Both the position numbers and the translations under genes were made by a program. From Pristiophorus japonicus (Eukaryota), in the NCBI RefSeq assembly GCF_044704955.1, contig NC_092006.1, positions 5,022,001 to 5,086,000 of the forward strand: a stretch of 64,000 nucleotides of DNA, given 5' to 3'. This document shows, piece by piece, positions 13,801 to 26,429 of the stretch. Each line of letters opens with the position of its first letter. Positions within the stretch are counted from its first letter, which is position 1. The notes under the pieces are model-generated. The model had not been told where the DNA came from and searched no databases. It worked only from the letters and a program-made list of their open reading frames with translations.

Positions 13801-16800
13801 TTGGTGTGTCTGGTGACCGGCGTGTCCTCCAGGCAAATTGCCATTTACTGGAACGTGTCGGGACAGTTCGTCGCGGGACGGAGCGAGGTCGGCACCCTGG
13901 ACCCCAACGGGACCTACAGCATCAGAAGCCACGTGATGGTCGGGGCGGAGATCTGGAGCAACGGAGGGGTCTGCACTTGTATCGTCGAGCTGGGGTCGCC
14001 GGGCAAGTCTTGGACCAAGAGCGTGTCCCGTCCCGAAGCGGCAACAGGTGAGTCATAGAAACATCGAGACATAGAAAATAGGGGCAGGAGCCGGCCATTC
14101 GGCCCTTCGAGCCTGCACCACCATTCAATATGATCATGGCTGATCATGCAACTTCAGTACCCCATTCCTACTTTCTCTCCATACCCCTTGATCCCTTTAT
14201 CCGTAAGGGCCACATCTAACTCCCTTTTGAATATATCCAACGAACTGGCCTCAACAACTGTAGAGAATTCCACAGGTTCACAATTCTCTGAGTGAAGAAG
14301 TTCCTCCTCATCTCGGTCCTAAATGGCTTTCCCCTTATCCTTAGACTGTGACGGGGAGCTCGGTTGCGAAAGTGTAACATCAGTTGGACTGGTTCTCTTG
14401 CCCCTATTATGCAACTCCGCGGGTCAAACACAGAGAGATATCTATCAGCAGAAACAGTGCAGCCAGCCTATTGGGAAATACCTTGAAATAAGCCCACCCG
14501 TCACAGGTCTTGTAAATAATTTCTCTGCTCTCGACTGCCCTTCGATTTCTGCCTGTCACCTTCGAATTATAGACTTACACAGCACAGAATCAGGGGTCAC
14601 CCATTTAAGACAGAGATGAGGAGGAATTTCTGCTCTCAGAAGGTTGTAAATCTGTGGAATTCACTGCCTCGGAGAGCTGTGGAAGAACATAATAACATAA
14701 GAAATAGGAGCAGGAGTCGGCCATTCGGTCCCTCGAGCCTGCTCCGCCATTTAATACGATCATGGCTGATCCGATCATGGACTCAGGTCCACTTCCCTGC
14801 CCGCCCCCTTAATCCCTTATCGATTAAGAAACTGTCTATCTCCGTCTTAAATATATTCAATGTCCCGGCTCTCTGAGGCAGCGAATTCCACAGATTTACA
14901 ACCCTCTGAGAGAAGAAATTTCTCCTCATTTCAGTTTTAAATGGATGGCCCCTTATTCTAAGATTATGCCCCTTAGTTCTAGTCTCCCCCATCAGTGGGG
15001 ATCATTGAATAAATTTAAGACAGAGAGAGACAGTTTCTTAGCCGATAAGGGACTAAGGGGGCGGGCAGGGAAGTGGAGCTGAGTCCATGATCGGATCAGC
15101 CATGATCGTATTAAATGGTGGAGCAGGCTCGAGGGGCCGAATGGCCGACTCCTGCTCCTATTTCTTATGTTCTCATGTATATTCTATATCGGGAGAAACA
15201 ATGCAGTCTGTCTGTTAAAAAATATGTTGAAATAAGCTATGGTCACCCTCCAAACCAGGTCTTTTAAATATTTTCTCTGCTCTTGACTGCCCTTCGATTT
15301 CGGCGTGTCATCTTAGAATTATCGAATACAGCACAGGAGTCGGCCATTCGGCCCCTCGAGCCTGCTCCATCATTCAATAAGATCACGGCTGATCTTCGAC
15401 CTCAACTCCACAATCCTGCACTGTCCCCACTTGGTTCCCCTCGAGTCCAAAAATCTATTACTCCCTGTCTCAACGACTGAGCCTCCATAGCCCTCTGGGG
15501 CAGAGAATTCCAAAGATTCACCACCCTCTGAGTGAAGAAATTCCTCCGCATCTCAGTCCTAAATGGCCGACCCCTTATCCTGAGACTGTGCCCCCTGGTT
15601 CTAGACTCCCCAGCCCGGGGGGAAAAACCCTCCCTGCATCTACCCTGTCGAGCCCTGTCAGAATGTTGTATGTTTCAATGAGATCACCTCTCATTCTTCC
15701 AAGCTAGGAGTTTACAACATAGAAACATAGAAATTTACAGCGCAGAAGGAGGCCATTTCAGCCCATCGTATCCACACCAGCCGACAAAGAGCCACACAGG
15801 CCTCGGTCAGCAGCCCTGAAGGTTACATATAAACCTACGAACGATGAACAATGACGGAAAGGCAAAGAGCACCCAGCCCAACCAGTCCGCCCCACACAAC
15901 TGCGACACCCCTTACACCGAAACATTCTACACTCCACCCCAACCATTGTCCAATTAGCCCCATTCCCCCAACCTATTCCCCACAGTCCTGCAAAGTGTCA
16001 CTCTCCAAGTATTTATCAAATTCCCTTTTGAAAGTTATTAATGAATCTGCTTCTACTGCCCGGCAGCGCGTCTTGGAATAATTTTAAGATTAAAATCTAT
16101 TTTAATTTTAATTTTGACTTGTGGATATCTGCAAATCAGACATATTACCCTCGGGTTGTGACGCTTCAGCGAAATCGGGTTATCGTTCCAGTTTAAGGAT
16201 AAGGGGTAAGCCATTTAGGACCGAGATGAGGAGAAACTTCTTCACCCAGAGAGTGGTGAACCTGTGGAATTCTCTACCACAGGAAGTTGTTGAGGCCAGT
16301 TCGTTGGATATATTCAAAAGGGCATTAGATGTGGCTCTTCCGGCTAAAGGGATCAAGGGTTATGCAGAGAAAGCAGGAATGGGGTACTGAAGTTGCGTGA
16401 TCAGCCATGATCTTATTGAATGGTGGTGCAGGCTCGAAGGGCCGAATGGCCTGCTCCTGCACGTATTTTCTATGTTTCTATGTTTACAGCTCATAAAAAA
16501 TAAGGGTGGATGTACATAAATCTTTGAAGGTGACAGAACAAATTGAAATGGTTGTTAATAATACATACAGAATCCTTGGGTTTATTAATAGACTACAGAA
16601 GCAAGGAAGTTATGCCAGACGTATATAAAGACAACAGTTGGGTCACCGCTGGAGTACTGTGTCCAATTCTGGGCACTGCACTCTAGGAATGATGTCAAGG
16701 CCGTGGAGAGGGCGTGGAGGAGATTTACGGGAATGGTCCTGCACTGGTACGCTCGCGGCCTTCCGCGAGAGGTGGGCACCGGAGGGACTGGAGTGCATCA

Positions 16801-19749
16801 TCACCCCCCCGCCCCCGGCAGACAAATTTTCATTTGAATTCAGTTGATGGCCAAAACCGAATTTGTTTTCTTGTCGATTTTAGTGCCCCCTCTAATAAGG
16901 GGGCATTTGATTTTCGATTGACGGTTTCAACTAAAATAGTTGCAGACCTGTTGATTGCGTCCTTAAAAAAGAAGGCACTTGATTTGAAAGTTTTACGCAA
17001 AATAGTTGAGGGACTTCAGTGAGGTGGAGAGACTTGAGAAACTGGGATTGTTCTCCTCAGGAGAAACTTCTTTACCCAGAGAGCGGTGAGAATGTGGAAC
17101 TCGCTGCCACAGGGAGGGGTTGAGGCTAATAGTATCGATGTATTTAAGGGGAGGCTGGATAAACACATGAGGGAGAAGGGAATAGAGGGATATGCTGATA
17201 GATTTAGATGAGGAAAGACGGCAGGAGGCTCGAGTGGGGCATAAACACCGGCACGGACTGGTTGGGCCCAATGGCCTGTTTCTGTTCCATATTGAGTAGA
17301 CTGGGTCTTTACTCGTTGGAGTTCAGAAGGATGAGGGGTGATCTTATAGAAACATTTAAAATAATGAAAGGGAAAGACAAGATAGAGGCAGAGAGGTTGT
17401 TTCCACTGGTCGGGGAGACTAGAACTAGGGGGCACAGCCTCAAAATACGGGGGAGCCAATTTAAAACCGAGTTGAGAAGGAATTTCTTCTCCCAGAGGGT
17501 TGTGAATCTGTGGAATTCTCTGCCCAAGGAAGCAGTTGAGGCTAGTTCATTGAATGTATACATACAGAATCCTTGGGTTTATTAATAGACTACAGAAGCA
17601 AGGAAGTTATGCCAGACGTATATAAAGACAACAGTTGAGTGAGAATGGTCTGCTCCTGCACCTATTTTCTATGTTTCTATATAATCCTGTGTAATAGTGC
17701 AACTTATTCCATTGGCGAGCATTCACTCGTCCAATATTGGTCGCGTTGGTTGGTTTGTGGTTTCAAGTCACAGATAGATAGATTTTTAACCAATAAGGGA
17801 ATTAAGGGTTACGGGGAGCGGGCGGGTAAGTGGACCTGAGTCCACGGCCAGGTCAGCCATGATCTTGTTGAATGGCGGAACAGGCTCGAGGGGCTAGATG
17901 GCCTACTCCTGTTCCTAATTCTTATGTTCTTATGTTCTTATGTTCTTAGATCCGATGTAATCCTGTGTAATAGTGCAACTTATTCCGTGCTTGCTATTGA
18001 GGGAGTGCAGCGAAGGTTCATCAGTATGATTCCCGGGACGGCAGGACTGACATATGAGGAGAGACTGGATCGACTGGGCTTATATTCCCTGGAATTTAGA
18101 AGAATGAGAGGGGATCTCATAGAAACATATCAAATTCTGACGGGACTGGACAGGTTAGATGCAGGAAGAATGTTCCCGATGTTGAGGGAAGTCCAGAACC
18201 AGGGGTTACAGTCTAAGGATAAGGGGTAAGCCATTTAGGACCGAGATGAGGAGAAACTTCTTCACTCAGAGAATAGTGAACCTGTGGAATTCTCTACCAC
18301 AAAGAGTTGTTGAGGCCAGTTCGTTAGATATGTTCAAAAGGGAGTTAGATGTGGCCCTCATGGCTAAAGGGATCAAGGAGTATGGAGAGAAAGCAGGAAA
18401 GGGGTACTGAGGGAATGATCAGCCATGATCTTATTGAATGGTGGTGCAGGCTCGAAGGGCTGAATGACCTGCTCCTGCACCTATTTTCTATGTTTCTATA
18501 TAATCCTGTGTAATAGTGCAACTTATTCCATTGGCGAGCATTCACTCGTCCAATATTGGTCGCGTTGGCTGGTTTGTGGTTTCACAGCCCGCGTTGGATG
18601 CGCCTAAATTGTAACTGGGTCGCGTTTCTCACAAGTGAGTCGCAGAAAGAGTGGCTTGACCTAGCAACATTTTCTAAGTGTCCTGTCTTTGCAGACTGGT
18701 GTACACCGATCCTTCCGTTTGCAATTCGTGTCTCGGCGATCTTGGTTCTAGTACTGATCCTTATTATTCTGTGTCATCATAACTGCGGCAGACGAGGTGA
18801 GTGTTTATATCCGTCAAAAATATCTTTTATAAATGCTTGTTCAACGTGAGTCCCTTCTCGTATCTTTCGATACTAATTTACAGTGAACTGTTTCAGAAGG
18901 ACGAGACAAGAGGCCCCGCCAGGAAAGGTGAGTAATTGAACTATTTGCAAAGTTGATCAATGAGAGTCTCGCTGGGTTTAACACCGCGTCAGAACCAGTT
19001 TAACCCCAACTCTGATTCCAGTGCCAGATATTATTTGTGTTTTCCACGTTCTTTTTGAGTATGGTTCCAAGACCATTCCACAACTCTGTTCTCGGTATTT
19101 ACGGCACGTGGCCACGGATTCACAGGAGGTAGAAAAGTAAAATACTGCGGATGCGAGCAATGTGACAGATACAGAGTTACAGACAGAGAGAGAGAGACAG
19201 ACAGAGTCAGACAGACAGAGACAGCGACACAGAGAGAGAGGCAGAGAGATAGAGAGACAGACAGAGAGAGACAGGGACAGGCAGAGACAGCGACACAGAG
19301 AGAGAGAGAGAGACAGCGACAGAGAGAGAGAGAGAGGCAGAGATTGAGAGCGAGAGAGAGAGACAGAGACAGCGACGGAACAAGTTAGAGATGTAACCGG
19401 GTTTAAGCTCCACTTTCTCTGTACTTGCTGGAAACATTTTTCCTACATTAAAACAATGACTACACTTCAAAAAAGTATGCCATTGGCTGTAAAGTGCTTT
19501 GGGAGCCCAGTGGTCGCTACAGAAACGCCAGTCTGTCTTTGTTTCATTTCTGTTTTATCTCTAACGTTCTCTCGAAGGGTAACAGACCTGAAAGGTTAAC
19601 TCAGTTTCTCTCCACAAATGCTGCCTGACCCGCTGAGCATCACAAGAAGTAATGTTTGTCTCCTGTTTCTGTTCCCACACGGTTTCAGCTCCAGAGGGAC
19701 AGTGAACAGAGCAGGAGGAGGTGAACCACACTTGGATGAGTTGGATTGA
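10780..19749 (+). CDS. Gene A: non-rearranging V(J)-C1-TM Ig-superfamily receptor, 6 coding exons (10780-10837, 13321-13629, 13727-14047, 18695-18796, 18897-18927, 19689-19749), 293 aa
   Basis: All introns are GT..AG with compatible phases (1,1,1,1,2) and the exons total 882 nt open to TGA. Leader MLLEAFPLILTLHHVCWNYG; V-set C..WYKQ..DAASYYC; C1-set CLV..W..NGTYSIRS..W..G.VCTC; TM ILPFAIRVSAILVLVLILIILC; tail EGRDKRPRQESSRGTVNRAGGGEPHLDELD*. The last two exons are less certain. Confidence 0.82.
10940..11470 (+). mobile_element. L2-like LINE 3' fragment with 36-37 bp tandem expansion
   Basis: CCCTATCTCTGTAACCTCCTCCAGCCCCT repeats followed by GGTGGCCGTGCCTTCAGCTGCCTGGGCCCCAAGCTCTGGAACTCCCTCCC; clade assignment tentative. 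Confidence 0.55.
11683..11905 (+). mobile_element. Deu-domain SINE 3' half
   Basis: Deu core plus GAAAGGCGCTATATAAAT tail. Confidence 0.75.
11930..13200 (-). mobile_element. Inverted copy of the same L2-like element with about 22 x 37-bp G-rich tandem units (12180-13020)
   Basis: TTACAGAGATAGGGAGGGGTGTAGGGGCTGGAGGAGG periodicity; reverse complement of 10940-11400. Confidence 0.65.
13321..13629 (+). CDS. Gene A V-set exon with degenerate J-like G strand
   Basis: Acceptor gtcgcag|GA, donor GAG|gtaaga; GETVELEC..YFWYKQLVGEAPKLV..LQILKVNTSDAASYYCAARDGFAPLRNGSLLLVG. Confidence 0.9.
13727..14047 (+). CDS. Gene A C1-set exon
   Basis: Acceptor ccacccag|AC, donor CAG|gtgagt; IPLVCLVTGVSSRQIAIYWNVSG..DPNGTYSIRSHVMVGAEIWSNGGVCTCIVE. 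Confidence 0.9.
14055..15700. mobile_element. Cluster of nested CR1 3' fragments in gene A intron 3
   Basis: Repeated RRNFF(T/S)[11 protein letters not shown] peptides and CR1 3' UTRs on both strands. Confidence 0.8.
16190..18500 (+). mobile_element. Several CR1 fragments (16190-16485, 17290-17945, 17988-18498; the last has a 29-bp TSD at 17958-17986 and 18501-18529)
   Basis: CR1 peptides; TAATCCTGTGTAATAGTGCAACTTATTCC duplicated at both flanks. Confidence 0.85.
18695..18796 (+). CDS. Gene A stalk and transmembrane exon
   Basis: Acceptor tctttgcag|AC, donor GAG|gtgagt, phase 1-1; DWCTPILPFAIRVSAILVLVLILIILCHHNCGRR. Confidence 0.8.
18897..18927 (+). CDS. Gene A cytoplasmic exon 1 (EGRDKRPRQE)
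   Basis: tttcag|AAGG...GAAAG|gtgagt; phase 1 to 2. Confidence 0.6.
19165..19375 (+). repeat. (GA)n/(GACA)n compound microsatellite
   Basis: Direct. Confidence 0.9.
19689..19749 (+). CDS. Gene A last coding exon (SSRGTVNRAGGGEPHLDELD*)
   Basis: Polypyrimidine tract with ggtttcag| acceptor; phase 2 matches the previous exon; ends in TGA. Confidence 0.55.
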
Positions 19750-19949
19750 AATGTTGGCGCAAATAGAACGTCAAATGCAGGATATTTCAAAATTCAATTG
19801 GGTCATTGCCCGCCTTCAAAATATTCTCCTGTCTGCCGGACATCCAGAAAGGCTAATTACTGCTTAGTCATGCCAATTAATAATGTATCAGATTGTTAAA
19901 TAATGTATCGGGTGGACAGTAGACACCGGGGGTAGATCGTCCGTGCCCA

Positions 19950-20112
19950 TCTATTGGTGTATTGGACCATTGGTGTATTGGACCATTGGTGTATTGAACC
20001 ATTGGTTTATTGCACCATTGGTTTATTGGACCATTGGTGTATTGCACCATTGGTGTATTGGACCATCAGTGTATTGGGGGAACATTGGTGTATTAATGGA
20101 CCATTGGTTTAT
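19950..20112 (+). repeat. 16-bp tandem repeat (TTGGACCATTGGTGTA)n downstream of the gene A stop
   Basis: Direct periodicity. Confidence 0.85.
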
Positions 20113-21296
20113 TGGGGGTCATAGGCTTAATGATGGACTATTGGCGCTCAGTGCCTCTATAATTTATTATAAATGAGCCGGACTTGACAATAATTAAATT
20201 CAAATTCTTAACTATTTATACACAGTTGACACCCATCAAATGGAGGCAAGGCAGACACATCAGGGTACAAGACATGTAAGTAAATTCATTGACCCTGTTG
20301 CAATAATATACAGGAACTTGCCGATTTTCTGGGTATCGCATGCAAATAATTGGCTTGTCTCTTTCAAAGAGCAGGCACGGGCACGATGGGCCGAATGGCC
20401 TATGCCTGTGCTGTATCGTGCTACGATTCCTTGAAACGCGATTGCGGGACGGGATAGTTTGAGCTGCCTTTCGAATAACTTGGAACTTGTCGATATTTAA
20501 CGTGTGTTCCTGTCTCAGGGCGCCCCGCAAGACCAGACTTTCTACGCCTCTCTGCAATTCAAAGCCGCGGAAAAGTCATCAAGAAAGAAGGCGGGTCGCT
20601 GATGAGAACCCCGGAGGGGTTTCTAGCCGGTGGACGAGGGAGGAGACGGAACTCGCAAAGAAGAATGCCCAGCCCGGCGGAGATAAGACTGAAGCCACAG
20701 AGACTCCAATCAAACATCCGGGGGCTGGGCTTTGCACTTCACATCGCTGGCCTAGTGCCCATATATCACCCAAAATGCCCTGCTATCGCCCATTTCACTT
20801 CGCTGACCTATCGGCGAGTGGAAAATCGCGATACAAAAAATGGGCGATGTTCCAGCGATCAGTAAGGCTGACACATTGACCATCGCTGGAACATCGTTCA
20901 TTTTTTGGGCGATAGTCTAGCCTACCTCCCTGTGTTCGGAAGGGTTTGCAAACACTCTTTCTGTTGAATGTAAAAGACCCGTGCTTTGAGTATTGTAAAG
21001 ATGTCCCACTGTATTAGTGAGACCACCATTTAGACCAGGGTCTTCTCAGTTTCCTGATTCTCTGAATCTTTTTCTGCTGACCCTGTAATTCCAGTCAGTA
21101 ACAAGATTGGGGTTTATTTTTTGTCGCAAATGCTTGAATATAAATAAAATAAATGATCCTTTGACTGTAATGATGCACAGGAGGTTCCTATCGTTCAATG
21201 CTTCACTTACAATTAAATGTCATCTGGATAAAACTTCGCTGGCTCTGAGCTGCCAATATCAGTCCTGAATTGAAAGAGTGTTAGTGGCGATATTCA

Positions 21297-21925
21297 TAGA
21301 AACATAGAAAATAGGTGCAGGAGTAGGCCATTCGGCCCTTGTAGCCTGCACCGCCATTCAATGAGTTCATGGCTGAACATGCAACTTCAGTACCCCATTT
21401 CTGCTTTCTCGCCATACCCCTTGATCCCCCTAGTAGTAAGGACTACATCTAACTCCTTTTAGAATATATTTAGTGAATTGGCCTCAACAACTTTCTGTGG
21501 TAGAGAATTCCAAAAGTTCACCACTCTCTGGGTGAAGAAGTTTCTCCTCATCTCGGTCCTAAATGGCTTACCCCTTATTCTTAGGCTGTGACCCCTGGTT
21601 CTGGACTTCCCCAACATTGGGAACATTTTTCCTGCATCTAACTTGTCTGAACCCATCAGAATTTTAAACGTTTCTATGAGGTCCCCTCTCATTCTTCTGA
21701 ACTCCAGTGAATACAAGCCCAGTTGATCCAGTCTTTCTTGATGGGTCAATCCCGCCATCCCGGGAATCAGTCTGGTGAACCTTCGCTGCACTCCCTCAAT
21801 AGCAAGAATGTCCTTCCTCAAGTTAGGAGACCAAAACTGAACACAATACTCCAGGTGTGGCCTCACCAAGGCCCTGTACAAATGTAGCAACACCTCCCTG
21901 CCCCTGTACTCAAATCCCCTCGCTA
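21297..21925 (-). mobile_element. CR1-clade LINE fragment
   Basis: ORF 21459-21893. Confidence 0.92.
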
Positions 21926-22054
21926 TTCACTGTCTGAGGCCGCGATAGGCTTAATCGCTTACAGACTAACAACAGGAGAGAAACGAGGGCAGAGATGCAA
22001 GGAATTTATCCATTTTACCTTTGGCTTGTGTGTTTTGGTATGTGTAGTAATTAT

Positions 22055-22690
22055 AGAATGGTTACAGCACAGAGGAAGGCCATTTGGTCCATCGCGTCCG
22101 TGCCGACTCTGAACAAGTCCAACTCACCCCCTCGTCCTTTCCCCGTAGCCCTGCAAAATTCTTTCCTTCAGATACTTACCCAACTCCCTTTTGAAAGCCC
22201 CGATTGAGTCTGCCTCCACCACCCTCTCAGGCAGCGCTTTCCAGATCCCAACCACTCGCTGCGTAAAAACGTTTTTACTCACGTCGCCTTTGGTTCGTCT
22301 ACCAATCGCCTTCAATCTGTGTCCTCTGGTTCTCCACCCTTCCACCAATGGGAACAGTTTCTCTCGATCTACTCGGTCCAGACCACCCATGATTTTGAAC
22401 ATCTCGATCAAATCTCCTCTCAATCGTTTCTGCCCCACGGACAACAACCCCGGTTTCTCCAGTCTCGCCCCGTCACTGAAGTCCCTCATTCCTGGAAGCA
22501 TTCTCGTAAATCCTTCCTGCACCCTCTCCAAGGCCTTCACATCCTTCCCACAGTGCGGTGCCCAGAATTGGACACAATGCTCCAGTTGGGGGACAAACAG
22601 ATAACTTCCACACTTTTCCACTCTACACCTCAACTTATGGACCCAGATACCCGTCAGCCTTTGTAACTGCTTTCTCAACCTTGCTAGAAC
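22055..22690 (-). mobile_element. Older CR1-clade LINE fragment
   Basis: [37 protein letters not shown]. Confidence 0.85.
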
Positions 22691-23069
22691 GACTGTCCGA
22701 GACAGATGAGTGAGTGTAGCATGGCTTAGGAGGACTGGATGACTTTCGACCTGTGGTCCCCAAAGCTCTCCATAACTGGGGGCTTTGCTCAAGTCAGGTC
22801 TGGGTCTGTTGTAGACTAATGGGTTGCGATGGTTTACCATTATCATTGGATCTCGCGACCACCAGGATGGTAGAAGGCGAGCAAGATAATATTTATCTTT
22901 CTCTTTCCCTTGGCAACTAGTGATGATTCCAACATTCACACCCCATCTAGACTCAGCTTTACTTTCCTATCTTATACCATTACCATCTCAATTCGGCCCA
23001 TTGTCCCCTTTTGCCTCTCTAATCTCTCTTGCCTTCCTCCCGGTCACAGACCTTCCCGTTTGTTCTATC

Positions 23070-23560
23070 ATAAGAACATAAGAACATAACATAAGAACAT
23101 AAGAATTAGGAAAAGGAGTAGGCCATCTAGCCCCTCGAGCCTGCTCCGCCATTCAACAAGATCATGGCTGATCTGGCCATGGACTCAGCTCCACTTACCT
23201 GCCCGCTCCCCGTAACCCTTAATTCCCTTATTGGTTAAAAATCTATCTATCTGTGACTTGAATACATTCAATGAGCTAGCCTCAACTGCTTCCTTGGGCA
23301 GAGAATGCCACAGATTCACAACCCTCTGGGAGAAGAAATTCCTTCTCAACTCGGTTTTAAATTGGCTCCCCCGTATTTTGAGGCTGTGCCCCCTAGTTCT
23401 AGTCTCCCCGACCAGTGGAAACAACCTCTCTGCCTCTATCTTGTCTATCCCTTTCATTATTTTAAATGTTTCTATAAGATCACCCCTCATCCTTCTGAAC
23501 TCCAACGAGTAAAGACCCAGTCTACTCAATCTATCACATTAAGGTAACCCCCTCATCTCT
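23070..23560 (-). mobile_element. CR1-clade LINE fragment with (TTCTTATG)n tail
   Basis: ORF 23185-23529. Confidence 0.9.
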
Positions 23561-23611
23561 GCCCCTGCCTCTTTCCTCCCCTCCCCCTTTCACTATTCCC
23601 TTTGCACTTCC

Positions 23612-23850
23612 TTAAAAAGAAAGACTTGCATTTATATAGCGCCTTTCACGACCACCGGGCGTCTCAAAGCGCTTTACAGCCAATGGAGAGTACTTTTGGA
23701 GTGTAGTCACTGTTATAATGTGGGAAACGCGGCAGCCGATTTGCACACAGCAAGCTCCCACAAACAGCCATGTGATAATGACCCAGATCATCTGTTTGTT
23801 ATGTTGGTTGAGGGATAAATATTGGCCCCAGGACACCGGGGAGAACTCGA
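23612..23850 (-). mobile_element. Deu-domain SINE 3' half
   Basis: Same core and tail as 5964-6200. Confidence 0.75.
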
Positions 23851-24919
23851 AATAATGCCTTGGGATTGTTTATGTCCACTTGAGAGAGTAGATGGAGCCT
23901 CCACCAAACAAAATCGTTTCTCTCTATCTAGTCTATGAAATAGTTAAATCGTCTTAATCACCTCAATTAGATAACCCCCTAATCTTTTATACGCAAGGGG
24001 GGTCTGTGCACGCTGTCCTTATAAGTTAACCCTTTTTGCCCAACATGGTCCTGGTGAACTTAAAGGCTCTTTATAAAAACCTACAATATAAATTAACATT
24101 AACAAGAACACTGGGTCGCTGGGAATTTATTCAAACTCTCATAAGATGTTTTGGGAAGTTTCTGGGCGATGGATTTGAACGGGTCTTTGCCAGGATTGTT
24201 GCTGTTCCCGAATCTCATCCGGTTGTACCTGCTGATTCCAAAGTGATCGGAAGGGGAGTGATTAAACTGACTCTGGTGGATAACGCAATGTAACTACCTG
24301 TGGTACAGCCCTGTTTCTGGCTCAATATCTCCTCTGGGTAAAGAAGTTTCTCCTGAATTCCCCATTGGATTTATTAGTGACTGTCTTATATTGATGGCCC
24401 CTGGTTCTGGTCTCTCCCACAAGTGGAAACACTCCACGTCTACCCTATCGAACCCTTTCAGAAGCTTAAAGACCTGTATCTTGTTGACCCTCCGTCTCTT
24501 TTCGAGGGCCCCAGCAGGTTCAGCCTTTCCTGATGGCAAAACCTCTTAGTTCTGGTATCGTTTTAGTCAATCTTTTTTGCACCTTATCCAGTGCCTCTAT
24601 ATCGTTTTTATGATACGGAGAGCAGAACTGTGCACAGTGCCCCAAGTGTGGTCTAACCAAGGTCCGATACAAGTTTAACATAATTTCCCGACTTTTCAAT
24701 TCTATCCCTCTACAAATGAACCCTGGTTCTTTGCTTGTTTTAATGGGCTTGTTAAGCTATGTCGTTACATTTAGTGATTAGTGTATCTGTACCCCAGATC
24801 CCTCTGTTCCTCTACTCCATTATGGAAACTTATTTTCTAAGAAGGAACAGATATTTATAATAGATAACGAATTGCTGACAAAATCACTTCACTGCATTAT
24901 TATGAACATACAGAACATA

Positions 24920-25780
24920 CATTTATATAGTGCTTTTCACGACCACCGGACATCTCGAAGTGCTTTAAAGCCAATGAAGTACTTTTGGAGTGCACTATTG
25001 TAATGTGGGAAACGCAGCAGCCAATTTGTGCACAGCAAGCTCCCACAAACAGCAATATGAAAATGACCCAGATATTCTGTTTTATTTTGTTAATTGAGCG
25101 ATAAATATTGGCCAGGCTACCGGAGATAATTCCCCTGCTCTTCTTCGAAACAGTGCGATATTTTATATCCAGATGAGAAAGCAGCTTGGTTTAATGTCAC
25201 ATCCGAAACACGGCACCTCCGACACTACAGCGCTCCCGCAGTACTGCCCCTCCGACAGTGCGGCGCTCCCGCAGTACTGCCCCTCCGACAGTGCGGCGCT
25301 CCCGCAGTACTGCCCCTCCAACAGTGCGGCGCTCCCGCAGTACTGCCCCTCCGACAGTGCAGTGCTCCCTCAGTACCGCCCCTCCAACAGTGCGGCGCTC
25401 CCTCAGTCCTACCCCTCCGACAGTGCGGCACTCCCTCAGTACTGCCCCTCCGACAGTGCGGTGCTCCCTCAGTACCGCCCCTCCAACAGTGCGGCACTCC
25501 CTCAGTATTGCCCCTCCAACACTCCATCAGTACTGCCCCTCCGACAGTGTGGTGCTCCCTCCGCACTGCCCTCCCTCAGTACTGCCCCTCCCACAGTACT
25601 GCCCTTCCCACAGTGCGGCGCTCCCTCAGTACTGCCTCTCCGACAGTGCGGTGCTCCCTCAGCCCTGCATTGCAGTGTCAGTCTAGATTTTTGTGCTCAA
25701 GTCTCTGGAGTGGGACTTGAACCCACAACCTCTTGTCTCAAAGGCAAGTGTACTGCCCACTGAGCCACAGCTGACACTTA
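24920..25780 (-). mobile_element. Deu-domain SINE with 33-bp internal tandem expansion (25217-25670)
   Basis: tRNA-like head at 25705-25770, same 33-bp unit. Confidence 0.8.
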
Positions 25781-26429
25781 AAAGGAGCTGCTGGGTTTAA
25801 AATAATCCAGTTTCAATAGTAAATGTGACAAGGTTCACCTCCAGGACACAGCCAGAGAATGTTTGGGATCCATGTAAACGCCAGCTTTAATATCAATGCA
25901 GCTTAAACCTGGAATCAGTGTCTGAGTTGCCCCAGAGGTCCTTAGCCCCACATAAATCACATTTGCTCTATAAATGTGCGCTGTAAATCAGCATTAGAGA
26001 TACACTGAGCGCATCTGGGCTTGAACGTTCAAAGAGCAGGAATCGCAAACGCAATGCTGGGGTTTGACAACCTGTTTATTTGTATTTGTAACATCAGACA
26101 GTGAGCCGTGTTAACTACGACTTGAATAATATCGTGCTCACAGACAGCACAATGCATTTAAGAACAATACAAGTGAGGAGAGACAAGCCGGGACTGAACG
26201 GAAATGGCAGGCGACGTGTCGTCTTCGGAGTAGCGGATGATGGGTCAAGAGAGGATTTCGACATGTTTCGAAGCTCCCGCAGAATTCCCCGTTTGCAAAG
26301 CGGCTTGAAATTGCACCGGTGGTGTTTCGGCGTTAAGGTTCTCCAATCGGCGTTACAATGGTTCTGCGTTGGTCAGTTTCCTCTTGCGATTAATTATTGA
26401 TCAATGCGCATCAGATCGACAGAGTTCTT

